NCBI GenBank assembly: GCA_001179505.1
Contig: CDMY01000189.1
Span: 62,001-126,000, forward strand
Direction: 5' to 3'
Length of the DNA stretch: 64,000 nucleotides
Source: Vitrella brassicaformis CCMP3155
Taxonomy: Eukaryota; Protista; Chromerida
Part shown: positions 61,604 through 64,000 of the stretch, one piece after another
Numbering within the stretch: position 1 is the first letter of the stretch
Layout: each line of letters begins with the position of its first letter
Made by a program: the position numbers and the translations under genes
Notes under the pieces: generated by a model
The model's input: only the letters and a program-made list of their open reading frames with translations
Databases searched by the model: none
Told to the model about the DNA's origin: nothing

Positions 61604-62895
61604 ATGATGACGGGTGCCGGCGGCAGCATTTTCCTTCTGGTGGTGTTGATCTTCGCCACCGTCCTGCCCCTGGCCCGTTGCCAACACGCACCTGAGGCGG
61701 ATGAGGATGTTGACTACGTGGTAGTGGGTGGCGGTGCGGCGGGCATTCCCCTGGCGTACACCCTTGCTGAAATGGGCAAGACGGTGCTGCTGATTGAGAG
61801 GGGCGGCGTGCGCACCGAGAACAAGAGAGAAACGTATCCCATCAAGGCCTATGGCATAGAGCTCCTCAACAAGGATATCGCACAGGAAGTTTTGACATGT
61901 AGGCGACACACGCACACGGACACGCACAACCACACACTGTGCACGTCTGTTTGTGTGTTTGCCTTGTGCCTGCAGTGGACAAGTTCCTGACCCACGTGCC
62001 GAGCCTCCTGTGTGGGGGGACCTGCATCAACGGAGGGGTGTACATCGAGGAGACGGCCGAGTACTTCAACTTCCTCGAAGAGAAATTTGGCTCCAAGTTC
62101 GACAAACAGCTCGTCAACGCGGTATGATGACCTACCGACCGACGACTGACGGCCACGTCTTTCTCCCTGTGTATGTCATGCAGTCGTACGAGTGGGTCAG
62201 ACAGCAAATTGCCCAGCCGATGGGGCTGCCCAAGGAGTACTCCGAGGCGTTGATTGGCGGTCTCACAGACCTGGACTTCAAGCCATACGTCGGCCCGTCG
62301 GTGAGCGCCACCATCGGCTCCTGGAATGGGTTCTCCATCTTTGAAAACGATGGGAAACACCTCTCGCCCGATCGGTTCCGGTTTGCGAGCGATATCCTGG
62401 CGCTGGGGGGCCTGGCTGAGCCGCCAGGGCCGCCTAGTACCCTGAAGATACTCACCCGGCATGAGGTCCTGAAGGTCGAGTTCGACACATCTGGGGAAAA
62501 GCCGAAGGCGACTTGCGTGGTTTACAGGGCGTCCCCTGGCGAGTTCGACAGGATCGACTCCCGTGCGAACGCGGGGCTGAAGACCAGACCAGGCGTCGGG
62601 GAAAAGCTGGACGTCGGCAAGGATGACGGCGACGATGGCGGCAAAGAGCTGAAGCGCGCCTGCATTAAGGAGGAGGGGGGAGAGATCTTCCTGAGTGCTG
62701 GGGCGCTGATGAGTCCGGTGATCTTGATGAACTCTGGGGTCGGGCCGAAGGATGTGGTGGAGAAGGTCATGAAGAAGAAGGGAGGCAAGCTCGTCAAGGA
62801 CATCCCGCAGCTAGGTCGGCCCCTCTCTCTCCCCTTCTCTCCCTCTCTCTCTCTCTCTCTGGCTGTGCGCACACCTCTCCCCGCCCACACACACA

Positions 62896-62926
<31 letters not shown>

Positions 62927-64000
62927 GTGATTGTATGTCCACCCACCAGGCCAGAACTTACACGAGAGGTGGTCCGTGCAGTTCGGCGTCTTCTTCAAGA
63001 AGCCCGCACCGGAAAACCCGGCGGGCGAGTTCCCCGTCACCATCACCTCGGTCAACGGAATGAAGCAGCTCCGGCTCTCTGAGGACTGTCCTGAAGACTT
63101 TGGGTGAGTGAGTACTATGCATGGATGGATGGATCTCATCTGGAGGTGTCTGTAAGTCAGAACAAATGCGCCACTCGTGTGTGTGCAGGTTTAACACGAC
63201 GCCCGAGTGCCTGTACGTGTCTGTCGAGGAGGGCAGTGGGGCTACGTTTGCAGGCCTGGTCGTGTCCACCAGAGCTGCCTTCCCCGTTGTCATTCGCACC
63301 CTGCCGTACGTGACACCAAGGAAGAAGATCAGAACGGACCTCGCGCAGCCAGCAAGTGTGTCTGTCTGTCTGTCTGCCTGGGTTTGTCTGTCAGGGAAGT
63401 GGACTTTCTTGCCGACCTGCTGACAGAGTGTGTTGTGGAGAAGAGAGATACACTCCTGTGCGTCATTTTCCGGCCGACATTCGAGTGCACCGAGTAAGCC
63501 AGCGAGCAGAGCGGCCTGGTCTGGTCCGAGAGACACCACATCCTCTACAAGCGCGCCAATGTGGTTGATTGGTTCGTTCATTCAGTCGGACCGCTGGGTG
63601 GATTGCATTCCCCCCGGTGCCCAAGTCGCGGGGCTTCGTCACTGTCAGCGAGGATGGTATGCTCATATGCTCAGATACAGACAGACAGACAGACAGACGC
63701 TGGTGCTGCCCACCGGCGACTGCAATGCATTGTCCGTCGTGTGTGTGCCGACTGACACCACCCACTCAGGAGAGCCAATCGTCAAGGCCGGCTACCTCAC
63801 GGACGAGGGCGGCGAGGACCTCAACACTGCCGTCCTCGGACTCGAGACGCTCCTGCGGGTACGTCAGGGAGACGGTGGATGGATGGATGGATGGCTGTGT
63901 GTCGACTGGTGTGTGTATGATGGCTCGGTACGTGTGTGTGTGTGTGCAGGTGCTGGGGAGTGGTCGCTTCGACGAGTTGCTTGATAGGCGCGGTCCGCAG
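61604..64000 (+). CDS. Secreted GMC oxidoreductase (continues beyond the window)
   Basis: Signal peptide, FAD motif DYVVVGGGAAG..VLLIERG, LCGGTCINGGVY, EIFLSAGALMSPVILMNSGVGP. Confidence 0.92.

Noticed and set aside
1-64000. tRNA, rRNA and CRISPR arrays
   Set aside because: None recognised by eye; the repeats present are microsatellites or coding repeats without unique spacers.

Overview
Eukaryotic, GC-rich, very intron-dense DNA whose introns are full of (GT/CA)n, (GACA)n and (GGAT)n microsatellites. A nuclear psbO with a bipartite red-complex plastid presequence, together with alveolate-type genes, points to a chromerid alga, most likely Vitrella brassicaformis (inference, not verified). 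About 19 spliced genes were reconstructed by eye: a CBM/FN3-containing alpha-amylase, psbO, a class-3 lipase, an MFS transporter, several secreted unknowns (one a long coiled-coil protein), a HAD protein, a Sep15-like protein, OGG1, IFT144/WDR19, a repeat protein, PDCD5, NOC3, a helical-repeat organellar protein, Paf1, Dpy-30, a transporter-DUF3431-like fusion and a GMC oxidoreductase. There is also a 3' fragment of an RLE non-LTR retrotransposon and five 300-N gaps. The best candidate for an undescribed system is the plastid-targeted, disordered protein at 38344-39706, with five exon-encoded E-T-A-D-D-L-x-x-R-L-A-A-L-K helices, built like a pyrenoid Rubisco linker. Exon boundaries are manual and approximate unless stated.
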